This document shows positions 1 through 8,752 of a DNA stretch of 32,000 nt, one piece after another (positions within the stretch are counted from its first letter, which is position 1; the number at the start of each line of letters is the position of its first letter). Location of the stretch: NCBI RefSeq assembly GCF_020541245.1, contig NZ_CP045876.1:210001-242000 (forward strand), given 5' to 3'. Source of the DNA: Candidatus Annandia pinicola. GTDB lineage: Bacteria > Pseudomonadota > Gammaproteobacteria > Enterobacterales > Enterobacteriaceae_A. A program made the position numbers and the translations under genes. Under the pieces are notes generated by a model that had not been told where the DNA came from, made no database searches, and worked only from the letters and a program-made list of their open reading frames with translations.

Positions 1-856
1 AGGTATTGGAGGTTTGCCTATTGGAAGAATTGTTGAAATTTTTGGACCAGAGTCATCTGGTAAAACTACATTAACTTTACAAATTATTGCTTCTGCTCAA
101 AAAGAAAATAAAATTTGTGCTTTTATCGATGCAGAACATGCTTTAGATCCTTTATATGCTAAAAAATTAGGAGTTGATATTGATAATCTATTATGTTCAC
201 AACCAGATAATGGTGAACAGGCATTAGAAATTTGTAATAAATTATCTAAATCTGGTAATATAGGTGTAATTATTATAGATTCTGTTGCTGCACTAACACC
301 CAAAATAGAAATAGAAGGTAATATAGGAGATTCACATGTAGGTTTAACAGCAAGAATGATGGGTCAAGCTATGAGAAAACTATCAGTTAATTTAAAAAAA
401 TCTAATACATTATTAATTTTAATAAATCAAATTAGAATAAAAATTGGTATTACTTTTGGTAATCCAGAAATTACAACTGGCGGTAATGCACTAAAGTTTT
501 ATGCTTCTATTAGATTAGATATTAGAAAAATAGGTGTTATAAAAGAAAATGATAATATAATAGGAAATGAAACTAGAGTTAAAGTTGTAAAAAACAAAGT
601 TTCATCTCCTTTTAAACAAGCTGAGTTTCAAATAATATATGGTAAAGGTATTAATACATATGATGAAATATTAAGATTAGGAGTTCAAAATAATATTATA
701 ATAAGATCAGGAACATGGTATAGTTATAATAAAAATAAAATTGGTCAAGGTAAAAAGAGTGTTTATAGATACTTAAAAAAAAATCCCAATATAACAAATA
801 ATTTAAAAAATAAAATTAAAAAACTATTATTGATAAGTGATTTTAAAAAAAAATAA
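1..856 (+). CDS. recA: Recombinase RecA (partial; the N-terminus lies upstream of the window)
   Basis: The frame starting at nt 2 is open from the window edge ([27 protein letters not shown]), so the TTG at 14 used by the ORF track is internal. The Walker A motif GPESSGKT is present. [24 protein letters not shown] and [34 protein letters not shown] are colinear with E. coli RecA. Confidence 0.95.
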   Translation, partial: GIGGLPIGRIVEIFGPESSGKTTLTLQIIASAQKENKICAFIDAEHALDPLYAKKLGVDIDNLLCSQPDNGEQALEICNKLSKSGNIGVIIIDSVAALTPKIEIEGNIGDSHVGLTARMMGQAMRKLSVNLKKSNTLLILINQIRIKIGITFGNPEITTGGNALKFYASIRLDIRKIGVIKENDNIIGNETRVKVVKNKVSSPFKQAEFQIIYGKGINTYDEILRLGVQNNIIIRSGTWYSYNKNKIGQGKKSVYRYLKKNPNITNNLKNKIKKLLLISDFKKK

Positions 857-936
857 AAAAAATAAAATTTATTAATATTATTTTTTTTACATTATATAAT
901 TTATATAAAAATACTAGAATTAAAATTGGAAAATTA

Positions 937-3570
937 ATGCAAAAAGCTATACATGAAGTTAGAAAAATGTTTATAAATTTTTTTATTAATAAAAATCATA
1001 AATTTGTTAAAAGTAGTTCTTTAATACCATATAATGATTCTACATTATTATTTACTAATGCAGGTATGAATCAATTTAAAAATATTTTTTTAGGTAATTT
1101 TAAAGATATTAATTTTAATAAGGTAGTAACATCACAAAGATGTCTTAGAGTTGGTGGTAAACATAATGATTTAAATAATATAGGGTTTAATAAATATCAT
1201 AATACATTTTTTGAAATGTTGGGAAATTTTAGTTTTGGAGATTATTTTAAAAAACAAGCTATAATTTATGCATGGGAATTATTAACAGGTAATAATTTTT
1301 TTAATTTAAATCCTGATAAATTTATAATTACTGTATATTATAAAGATATTGAATCTTATAAAATTTGGTTAAAAGATGTTGGAATTTCTAATAATAATAT
1401 TTTAAAAATTTATAATGATAAAAAAAAAATAAATATTTCTTCTAATTTTTGGCAAATGGATAGTACAGGTCCATGTGGGCCTTGTACTGAAATATTTTAT
1501 AATTTTAATAATGATAAAATAAAATATCATTTGTTAACAAATGATAAATATTTAAATAATAATTATGTTGAAATATGGAATATTGTTTTTATGCAATTTA
1601 ATAAATTGATCGATGGTAGTTTACTAAAATTAAATAAACCTTCGGTTGATACAGGTATGGGTTTAGAACGTATTACATCTATTTTACAAAATGTTAAATC
1701 TAGTTATAATATAGATATTTTTAATTTAATAATAAATGAAATTAAAAAATTATTTAATAATTTATTATTAAATGATAAATTTTTATATATAATTTCAGAT
1801 CATATAAGATCATGCATATTTTTAATTTATGATGGTGTTTTACCTTCTAATGAAGGTAGAGGATATGTTTTAAGACGTATAATACGTCGTGGAATGCAAC
1901 AAGGTTATATAATAAAATATTATAATTCTTTTTTATATAAGTTAGTTAAACCAACTATTAATATTATGAAATTATTATATCCTTATTTAAAAAAAAAAGA
2001 AAAATATATAACAGAAGTTATTAAAAAAGAAGAAAATAATTTTATAAAAACATTAGGTAATGGGTTAAAAATTTTAAATGAAAAATTAAAAAAAGTTAAT
2101 AATAATATATTAGATGGTAAAACTGTTTTTAATTTATATGATACTTTTGGCTTTCCTTTAGATTTAACTTCAGAAATATGTAATAATTATAAAATATCAA
2201 TTGATTATAATGAATATAAAAAAGAAATGTTAAAACAAAAAAAAAGATCTAAAAATGACAAATTTAAAATAAAAAATAATATTAATTATAAAATTCCTAA
2301 TAGTTTATTTAATGGATATAATATAAATAGATGTATATCTAAAATTAAATATATTATAATAAATAATATTTCAAAAAAAAAAGCTTATTTTGGAGAAAAA
2401 TGTGTAATTTTTTTAGATAAGACACCATTTTATGCAGAATCAGGTGGACAAATAGGAGATATAGGATATATAAAAAATAAAAATTTTTTTTTTGAAGTAC
2501 AAGATACACAAAAATATAAAAAATCTATAGGACATATTGGTATAATAAAATTTGGTAAAATTATTATAAATGATAATTGTATAACTAATATTGATATAAA
2601 AAGAAGAAACGATATTTGTATTAATCATTCATCTACTCATTTATTATATAAATCTTTAAAAAAAAATCTAAATAAAAATATTACTCAAGAAGGGTCTTTA
2701 ATAAAAAATAATTATTTTAATTTTGATTTTAAATATAAAAAAAAAATATCAGATGAAGATATAATTAATATAGAAAAATTATTTAATTATTATATTAAAA
2801 AAAATTTTTTTATTATTAATAGTTATAAAAAAATTGATATTATAAAAAACAAAAAAATATTTATTAATAATTATAAATATGATAAAAATATAAGACTAGT
2901 AAATATAGGTAATATTTCTAAAGAATTATGTTGTGGAACACATATAAAAAACACAAAAGAAATTTGTATGTTTATAATAATGTCTAAAAATAAAAAATCT
3001 AAAAATATATATCGTATAAAAGCTATTACTGGAAAATATGCTTTAAAATATATGATTGAAAAAAAGAATGAAATAAAAAAAATATCAGAAAAACTAAAAA
3101 TTAATATTAATGAAGTAAATAAAAAAATAGATTTTATAATAAAAAATAATAAAAAATATAAAAAAATAATTAAAGAGTTACAAAAAGAAAAAATTAAAAA
3201 TGAAATAAATTTAATAAAACATAAATCTAAAACTATAAATAACTATAAAATTATAATTAGTAAAATTAATGTTGATTATAAATTTTCTAAAAAAGTAATA
3301 GATTATATTAAAAAAATATTAAATTATAAAATTATAGTATTAATTTTTAATAATAAATCTAATTTATTTTTAAAAATATATATTGATGATTTTATTAAAG
3401 ATAAAATAAATTACGAATTTATAATAAATAATTTTTATAAAAAGTATAAAAAAAATATTTTTAAAGATAATATTTTAATATGTAAGAATGGTATATTTTT
3501 AAAAAAAATAAATTTAAAATTAAATAAAATAGAAAATATAATTTTAAAAAAATTATTAGATAAAAAATAG
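937..3570 (+). CDS. alaS: Alanine--tRNA ligase
   Basis: An 877-aa ORF (E. coli 876 aa) with FTNAGMNQFK, QRCLRVGGKHNDL, FFEMLGNFSFGDYFK and GPCGPCTEIF. The editing-domain motifs HSSTH and CCGTH are present. It sits downstream of recA as in E. coli. Confidence 0.95.
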   Translation: MQKAIHEVRKMFINFFINKNHKFVKSSSLIPYNDSTLLFTNAGMNQFKNIFLGNFKDINFNKVVTSQRCLRVGGKHNDLNNIGFNKYHNTFFEMLGNFSFGDYFKKQAIIYAWELLTGNNFFNLNPDKFIITVYYKDIESYKIWLKDVGISNNNILKIYNDKKKINISSNFWQMDSTGPCGPCTEIFYNFNNDKIKYHLLTNDKYLNNNYVEIWNIVFMQFNKLIDGSLLKLNKPSVDTGMGLERITSILQNVKSSYNIDIFNLIINEIKKLFNNLLLNDKFLYIISDHIRSCIFLIYDGVLPSNEGRGYVLRRIIRRGMQQGYIIKYYNSFLYKLVKPTINIMKLLYPYLKKKEKYITEVIKKEENNFIKTLGNGLKILNEKLKKVNNNILDGKTVFNLYDTFGFPLDLTSEICNNYKISIDYNEYKKEMLKQKKRSKNDKFKIKNNINYKIPNSLFNGYNINRCISKIKYIIINNISKKKAYFGEKCVIFLDKTPFYAESGGQIGDIGYIKNKNFFFEVQDTQKYKKSIGHIGIIKFGKIIINDNCITNIDIKRRNDICINHSSTHLLYKSLKKNLNKNITQEGSLIKNNYFNFDFKYKKKISDEDIINIEKLFNYYIKKNFFIINSYKKIDIIKNKKIFINNYKYDKNIRLVNIGNISKELCCGTHIKNTKEICMFIIMSKNKKSKNIYRIKAITGKYALKYMIEKKNEIKKISEKLKININEVNKKIDFIIKNNKKYKKIIKELQKEKIKNEINLIKHKSKTINNYKIIISKINVDYKFSKKVIDYIKKILNYKIIVLIFNNKSNLFLKIYIDDFIKDKINYEFIINNFYKKYKKNIFKDNILICKNGIFLKKINLKLNKIENIILKKLLDKK

Positions 3571-3610
3571 TTATTATTAATTAAAAAATATTTTAAATAA
3601 CTTATTTTAA

Positions 3611-3639
3611 TTGATAAATTTAAAATATTAATATATAAT
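3611..3639 (+). promoter_or_regulatory. Candidate sigma70 promoter (TTGATA-17 nt-TATAAT) upstream of the tRNA-Ser/tRNA-Arg pair
   Basis: TTGATA at 3611-3616, a 17-nt spacer, then TATAAT at 3634-3639, about 90 nt upstream of the tRNA. -10-like strings are common in DNA this AT-rich, so the call is only suggestive. Confidence 0.35.
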
Positions 3640-3731
3640 GTTAACATAAATAAAAAAAATATTTTTTTTTATTTATAGTAATAAATAAAATTTATATTAT
3701 AAAAAAAAAAACTAAATATTTTAAATAAATA

Positions 3732-3818
3732 GATGAGATGGCCGAGTGGTTTAAGGCGCTTTCCTGCTAAGAAAGTATATGGAATACCGTATCGAGGGTT
3801 CGAATCCCTCTCTCATCA
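3732..3818 (+). tRNA. serV: tRNA-Ser (anticodon GCU), long variable arm, no encoded CCA
   Basis: A GC-rich island. The acceptor GATGAGA pairs with TCTCATC. The anticodon stem-loop is CTTTC-CTGCTAA-GAAAG and the T arm is GAGGG-TTCGAAT-CCCTC. It has the same position after alaS as E. coli serV. Confidence 0.9.
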
Positions 3819-3822
3819 CAAA

Positions 3823-3895
3823 GCATCCGTAGCTCAGTGGATAGAGTACTCGGCTACGAACCGAGCGGTCGAAGGTTCGAATCCTTCCGGATGCA
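3823..3895 (+). tRNA. argV: tRNA-Arg (anticodon ACG), no encoded CCA
   Basis: GCATCCGTAGCTCAGTGGATAGAGTACTCGGCTACGAACCGAGCGGTCGAAGGTTCGAATCCTTCCGGATGCA is nearly identical to enterobacterial tRNA-Arg(ACG). It starts 4 nt after tRNA-Ser. Confidence 0.92.
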
Positions 3896-3951
3896 TCAAA
3901 AAAAATAATATTTATTAATTTTTTTTTTATTAAAAAAAAAGGTATAAAAAA

Positions 3952-5301
3952 ATGTTTGGTAAATTGTCTAAAAGTTTAATTAAAATAGTTAATATTATTA
4001 AAAATTATAAAATAATTAATAAAGATCTAATATCTTCAATTTTAGATAAATTAAAAAATATTTTATTAGAATCTGATGTATCTGTTAAAGTTATAGATAA
4101 GTTTATTATAAAAATTAAAAAAGATTTTAAACATTATATAAATAATATTAATCAAAATTTAGGAAAAATTTTAATAAATATTATAAAAAAAGAATTAATT
4201 AATATTTTAAGCTACAAAAATATTGAAATTAATTTATCTGATAAAAAAATTTCTATAATTTTATTAGTTGGTTTACAAGGGGTAGGAAAAACTATTACTA
4301 CAATAAAATTAGGAAAATTAATAAAAAAAAAATATAATAAAAAGGTTTTATTAACATCAGTAGATGTTTATAGACCTGCAGGTATAAAACAATTATATAA
4401 ATTATCTATAATAAATAATATTGATTTTTTTAAATCAAATAAAAAACAAAAACCAATTGATATAATTAAATTAATTTTAAGAAATATAAAAAATAAAGAT
4501 TATGATGTTTTAATTATAGATACTCCTGGAATATCATATTCTAATGAAAATATTAAAACTGAAATAAAAAAAATTTATGATTTAGTTAAACCTATTGAAA
4601 CATTATTAGTTTTTGATTCTATGACAGGACAAAATTCAGTTAATATATCTAAAATATTTAAAAAATTTTTAAAAATTACTGGTATATTTTTAACTAAAGT
4701 TGACAGTGATACTAAAGGAGGTTCTGCTTTATCAATATGTGATATTATTAAAAAACCAATTAAATTTTTAGGAATTGGAGAACATAGTAATGATATTGAA
4801 AAATTTCATCCAGATAGAATAGTTTCTAGAATTTTAGGTATGGGGGATATTGAATCTCTTATAGAAGAAGTTAAAGATAAAATTAAATTAAAAGATACAA
4901 ATAAAATTTTATATAAAATTAATAAAGGTATTGATTTTAATTTAAATGATTTTTTAGAACAAATAAAACAAATAAATAAAATGGGTGGGATAAATAGTAT
5001 TTTAGAAAAATTTCCTTTTTTAGATAAAAAATTTAATTTTGATGAAAAAAAATTAATTATTATAGAAAATGTTATTAATTCTATGACTAAAATGGAAAAA
5101 GAATATCCTCATATTATTAATATTTCTAGAATAAATCGTATTTCTTTAGGATCAGGTGTTAAAAAAAAAGATGTTAAAAATGTAATAAATCAATTTTATT
5201 ATATGAAAAATATAATGAAAAAAATTAAAGGTGCTAATATAAAACAAATTATTAAAAATCTAAAAAATATATTACCAGAAAATATAAAAAATTTTTTTTA
5301 A
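3952..5301 (+). CDS. ffh: Signal recognition particle protein Ffh
   Basis: A 449-aa ORF (E. coli 453 aa). SRP GTPase motifs are GLQGVGKT, DTPG, TKVDSDTKGGSALS and RILGMGD, followed by a Met-rich M-domain remnant. Confidence 0.93.
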   Translation: MFGKLSKSLIKIVNIIKNYKIINKDLISSILDKLKNILLESDVSVKVIDKFIIKIKKDFKHYINNINQNLGKILINIIKKELINILSYKNIEINLSDKKISIILLVGLQGVGKTITTIKLGKLIKKKYNKKVLLTSVDVYRPAGIKQLYKLSIINNIDFFKSNKKQKPIDIIKLILRNIKNKDYDVLIIDTPGISYSNENIKTEIKKIYDLVKPIETLLVFDSMTGQNSVNISKIFKKFLKITGIFLTKVDSDTKGGSALSICDIIKKPIKFLGIGEHSNDIEKFHPDRIVSRILGMGDIESLIEEVKDKIKLKDTNKILYKINKGIDFNLNDFLEQIKQINKMGGINSILEKFPFLDKKFNFDEKKLIIIENVINSMTKMEKEYPHIINISRINRISLGSGVKKKDVKNVINQFYYMKNIMKKIKGANIKQIIKNLKNILPENIKNFF

Positions 5302-5334
5302 AGTTATTATATTTTTTTTAAATAAGGAAATTTT

Positions 5335-5610
5335 ATGGTAGTTATAAGACTAGTTCGTGGTGGAAATAAAAAAATACCTTTTTATAAAATAGTAGTATCA
5401 GATAGAAGATTTTCTTGTTATGGTCGTTTTATAGAAAAAATAGGTTTTTTTTATCCGTTAAGTAATGATAATATAGAAAATTTAAATATTAACATATCAC
5501 GTTTAAAATATTGGATTAAAAATGGAGCAAAAATATCTAAACGTTTATGTTATTTATTAAAAATATATAAAGATAAAATAAAAGTATTATATTATAATTT
5601 ACCAAGATAA
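5335..5610 (+). CDS. rpsP: 30S ribosomal protein S16
   Basis: MVVIRLVRGGNKKIPFYKIVVSDRR matches the S16 N-terminus (E. coli [25 protein letters not shown]). A GGA Shine-Dalgarno lies 6 nt upstream. It is the first gene of the conserved rpsP operon. Confidence 0.92.
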   Translation: MVVIRLVRGGNKKIPFYKIVVSDRRFSCYGRFIEKIGFFYPLSNDNIENLNINISRLKYWIKNGAKISKRLCYLLKIYKDKIKVLYYNLPR

Positions 5611-5612
5611 AT

Positions 5613-6125
5613 TTGTTAATAAAAAACTATACTATAATAGGTAAATTAAGAAAATTTTATGGCATTAAAAAATATTTAATTTTATTAACATTTACTGAAA
5701 TTAAAAAAAAAATTTTTAATTATATACCGTGGTACGTTAGTTTATATAATAAAGTAATATTTTTATATATTAATAATTGGAATTATAAAAATAAAAAATT
5801 TTTAGTTAAAATAAATAACATTGATAATATTAAAAATTTATCTTTTTTAATTAATAATAAAATTATTATACATAATATACAATTTAAAAAAACATTTAAA
5901 AACGAATTTTATTATTATAATATAATACATTTTAAGGTTTATAATTTAAAATTATTTTATTTGGGAAAAATAATAAATATTTTTGAAAATTATAAAAATT
6001 TTATAAATATAATTTTATTAAATAAAAAAAAAAAAATATTATATATTTCATTTATAGATAAAAATATTTTTTATATAAGTTTACAACAAAAAAAAATTAT
6101 ATTAAATATTAATAAATATTTATAG
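5613..6125 (+). CDS. rimM: Ribosome maturation factor RimM (highly diverged; TTG start)
   Basis: A 170-aa ORF. Colinear islands match E. coli RimM: IIGKLRKFYGIKKYL vs VLGKMGSSYGIRGWL, YIPWYV vs YQPWFI, EFYYYNII vs DYYWKDLM, and LGKIINIFENYKN vs LGKVVDMMETGSN. There is no in-frame ATG near the start, and the TTG at 5613 follows the rpsP stop by 2 nt. Confidence 0.75.
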   Translation: MLIKNYTIIGKLRKFYGIKKYLILLTFTEIKKKIFNYIPWYVSLYNKVIFLYINNWNYKNKKFLVKINNIDNIKNLSFLINNKIIIHNIQFKKTFKNEFYYYNIIHFKVYNLKLFYLGKIINIFENYKNFINIILLNKKKKILYISFIDKNIFYISLQQKKIILNINKYL

Positions 6126-6131
6126 GTATAT

Positions 6132-6485
6132 ATGAAAAAAAAATTTTTAATAAAATTTGAAAAATCTAAAATTAATAGATATATACCATATTTTTCTGTT
6201 GGATATATTTTAGAAGTTCAAATTAAAATTGAAGAAAATGAAAATATTAGATTACAATCTTTTGAAGGAGTAGTAATTTCAAAAAAAAATAAAGGATTAA
6301 ACTCTACATTTACTTTAAGAAGAATTTCTTATAATGAAGGTGTAGAAAGAGTTTTTCCAACTTATTCACCTATTATTAGTAAAATTATTATAAAAAAATG
6401 TAATTTATTTAAAAAATCAAAATTATATTATTTAAGAAATAGAATTAAAAAAAATTTAAATGTAAAAAAAAAAAATTTATATTAA
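6132..6485 (+). CDS. rplS: 50S ribosomal protein L19
   Basis: RLQSFEGVVISKKNKGLNSTFTLRRISYNEGVERVFPTYSP and KLYYLRNR are colinear with E. coli L19. Confidence 0.92.
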   Translation: MKKKFLIKFEKSKINRYIPYFSVGYILEVQIKIEENENIRLQSFEGVVISKKNKGLNSTFTLRRISYNEGVERVFPTYSPIISKIIIKKCNLFKKSKLYYLRNRIKKNLNVKKKNLY

Positions 6486-6619
6486 AAATATAAATATATT
6501 TTTTATATATAAATTTATTAAAAAAATATTATAATAAAAAAATAATTTAGTTATATATATTTAATTTTATTTTATTTTTTTTATTTTTAGTTTAATTTTA
6601 TAATAACAGGTTAAAAATC

Positions 6620-7666
6620 ATGAAAAAAGATAAAATAAATGATATTTATATTTTAAATGAACAAATTTTAATTAATCCTAAAGAATTAAAAAGTAAATTT
6701 CCATTAAATAAAACTTTAGAAAATCAAGTTAGAAAATCAAGAAAAATTATTTCTAATATTGTACAAAGAAAAGATAAAAGATTATTATTAATATGTGGTC
6801 CATGTTCTGTACATGATATTGAATCAACTTTAGATTATGCTTATAGATTAAAGTCAATTTCAGAATTGTTAATAGATAAATTATATATTGTTATGAGAGT
6901 ATATTTTGAAAAACCTAGGACTACAGTTGGATGGAAAGGTTTAATAAATGACCCTTATATGGATAATTCTTTAAATATGGGTTCTGGTTTATATATTGCA
7001 CGTAAATTATTAATAAATTTATTAAAATTAAATATACCTTTAGCAACTGAAGCATTAGATCCTAATAGTCCTCAATATATAGGTGATTTATTTAGTTGGT
7101 CTGCAATTGGTGCTCGAACTACAGAGTCACAAACACATAGAGAAATAGCTTCTGGTTTATCAATGCCTGTAGGTTTTAAAAATGGTACTGATGGAAGTTT
7201 AGATACTGCAATAAATGCAATATATGCTGCTAAAATGCCACATAGATTTGTTGGAATAAATCAATTAGGACAGGTTTGTATATTACAAACTAAAGGAAAT
7301 CCTGATGCTCACATAATATTGCGTGGTGGTAGATTACCTAATTACTATAATTATGAAATAATAAAATGTGAAAGACAAATGTTAAAATCAAAAGTAAAAC
7401 CCTCTTTAATGATAGATTGTAGTCATGGTAATTCAAATAAAAATTTTCTTCTACAACCTGAAGTTGCAAAAAACATTATTAAACAGATTAGATGTAAAAA
7501 TAAATCTATTATAGGTTTAATGATAGAAAGTAATATTAATTCGGGTCAACAAATATTAAATAAAGATATTAATAATAAATATGGGGTTTCTGTGACAGAT
7601 TCTTGTATTAATTGGAATATTACTGAAAATTTATTATGTAATCTTTATAAATCTTTAATTAATTAA
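6620..7666 (+). CDS. aroF: 3-deoxy-7-phosphoheptulonate (DAHP) synthase, AroF-type
   Basis: A 348-aa ORF. MRVYFEKPRTTVGWKGLINDP, ATEALDPNSPQYIGDLFSWSAIGARTTESQTHREIASGLSMPVGFKNGTDGSL and PHRFVGINQLGQV match E. coli AroF more closely than AroG or AroH. It lies directly upstream of tyrA as in the E. coli aroF-tyrA operon. Confidence 0.92.
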   Translation: MKKDKINDIYILNEQILINPKELKSKFPLNKTLENQVRKSRKIISNIVQRKDKRLLLICGPCSVHDIESTLDYAYRLKSISELLIDKLYIVMRVYFEKPRTTVGWKGLINDPYMDNSLNMGSGLYIARKLLINLLKLNIPLATEALDPNSPQYIGDLFSWSAIGARTTESQTHREIASGLSMPVGFKNGTDGSLDTAINAIYAAKMPHRFVGINQLGQVCILQTKGNPDAHIILRGGRLPNYYNYEIIKCERQMLKSKVKPSLMIDCSHGNSNKNFLLQPEVAKNIIKQIRCKNKSIIGLMIESNINSGQQILNKDINNKYGVSVTDSCINWNITENLLCNLYKSLIN

Positions 7667-7687
7667 TTATAAAAAAAAGGAAAAAAA

Positions 7688-8752
7688 ATGGATCTTATAT
7701 TATCTGAAATTTTATTTTTTCGTAATAAAATAGATATTGTAGATGAATCTATTATAAACTTAGTACATAAAAGATTAATCTTAGTATCTAAAGTAGGAAA
7801 AATTAAAAGTAAATGTGGAATACCAATATATATTCCTGAAAGAGAATTATCTCTTTTAAATTCACGTAGATTAATAGCTGAAGAATTAAAATTACCGAAA
7901 GGATTAATTGAAGATTTAATGAAAAGAATTATGTATGAATCTTATTTAAGAGAATATTCACATGGTTTTAAAAAAGTTAATAAAAATATTAAATCTATAG
8001 TTATTATTAATGATAATAATTGTACTGGAATTTTATTTAAAAAAATGCTTAAATTATCAAATTATAAAGTTTATTTTTTTAATTCTAAAGAAATTGATAA
8101 AATAAACAATATTAAATTTAAAATAGATATGGTTATTATTAGTGTTTCTAATAAAACTTTAAAAGAAATTATGTTATTTATTATAAACTTACCAAAAAAA
8201 TGTATTTTAGTTAATTTAAATATAATTTCATATGAACGCTTAAAACTTATTCTTTATATACATAAGGGACCTGTTTTATTATTACAACCTAAATTTAATT
8301 CTAATGCTTACCATATTACTAAAGAAACTATATTTTATTATAATGGTCGTAATATGGAAAGTTATAAATGGTTTTTAAATCAAATAAAAATTTGGGGAGT
8401 AATATTAAAAAAAATAACTAATATAAAAAATAATAAAGATATAATGTTTATTGATTTTTTAAAGTTTTTTTTTTATTTTATATACGGATTAGATTTAGTT
8501 AAAAATAAAAAATTAAGTAGTTCACTAAACTTTTTACCAATACCTTATGATGATTTTAATTTAAAAGATATAAGTTTATTTTTTAAAAATAATCTTGATT
8601 TATATATAGATAATATTTTATCTAATAAAGAAAATAAAAAAATATTTATTGAAGATTACTTAGAAAAAATAACTAAAATTATTGATTTAATAAAAAATAA
8701 TAAAGAATTATTTTTAAAAAAAATTGAAGAAATAAAAGAATATTTTAAATAA
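7688..8752 (+). CDS. tyrA: T-protein homologue: intact chorismate mutase domain fused to a prephenate dehydrogenase domain with degenerate active-site and NAD motifs
   Basis: A 354-aa ORF that aligns without gaps (offset +3) to E. coli TyrA. The CM half is conserved: FRNKID, KRLILVSKVGKIKSKCGIPIYIPERE and RIMYESY. The PDH half is colinear but its motifs are replaced (see findings). An AGGA Shine-Dalgarno lies 6 nt upstream. Confidence 0.85.
   Translation: MDLILSEILFFRNKIDIVDESIINLVHKRLILVSKVGKIKSKCGIPIYIPERELSLLNSRRLIAEELKLPKGLIEDLMKRIMYESYLREYSHGFKKVNKNIKSIVIINDNNCTGILFKKMLKLSNYKVYFFNSKEIDKINNIKFKIDMVIISVSNKTLKEIMLFIINLPKKCILVNLNIISYERLKLILYIHKGPVLLLQPKFNSNAYHITKETIFYYNGRNMESYKWFLNQIKIWGVILKKITNIKNNKDIMFIDFLKFFFYFIYGLDLVKNKKLSSSLNFLPIPYDDFNLKDISLFFKNNLDLYIDNILSNKENKKIFIEDYLEKITKIIDLIKNNKELFLKKIEEIKEYFK

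Noticed and set aside
3634-3649. A mini-ORF, ATG TTA ACA TAA (M-L-T-stop), at the position where csrA (MLILTRR...) sits in E. coli; a possible csrA relic.
   Set aside because: Three codons is far too short to distinguish from chance in this composition, and no further CsrA-like sequence follows in any frame.
3733-3918. A 61-aa ORF (MRWPSGLRRFPAKK...) in the ORF track.
   Set aside because: It is read straight through the tRNA-Ser and tRNA-Arg genes. Its relatively GC-rich codons come from the tRNA sequence, so it is not a protein gene.
6484-6504. A perfect inverted repeat, AAAAATATA-aa-TATATTTTT, followed by a T run right after the rplS stop; a possible intrinsic terminator.
   Set aside because: The stem is entirely A-T with a 2-nt loop, so its predicted stability is very low. 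Palindromes like this arise readily by chance in low-complexity A/T sequence.
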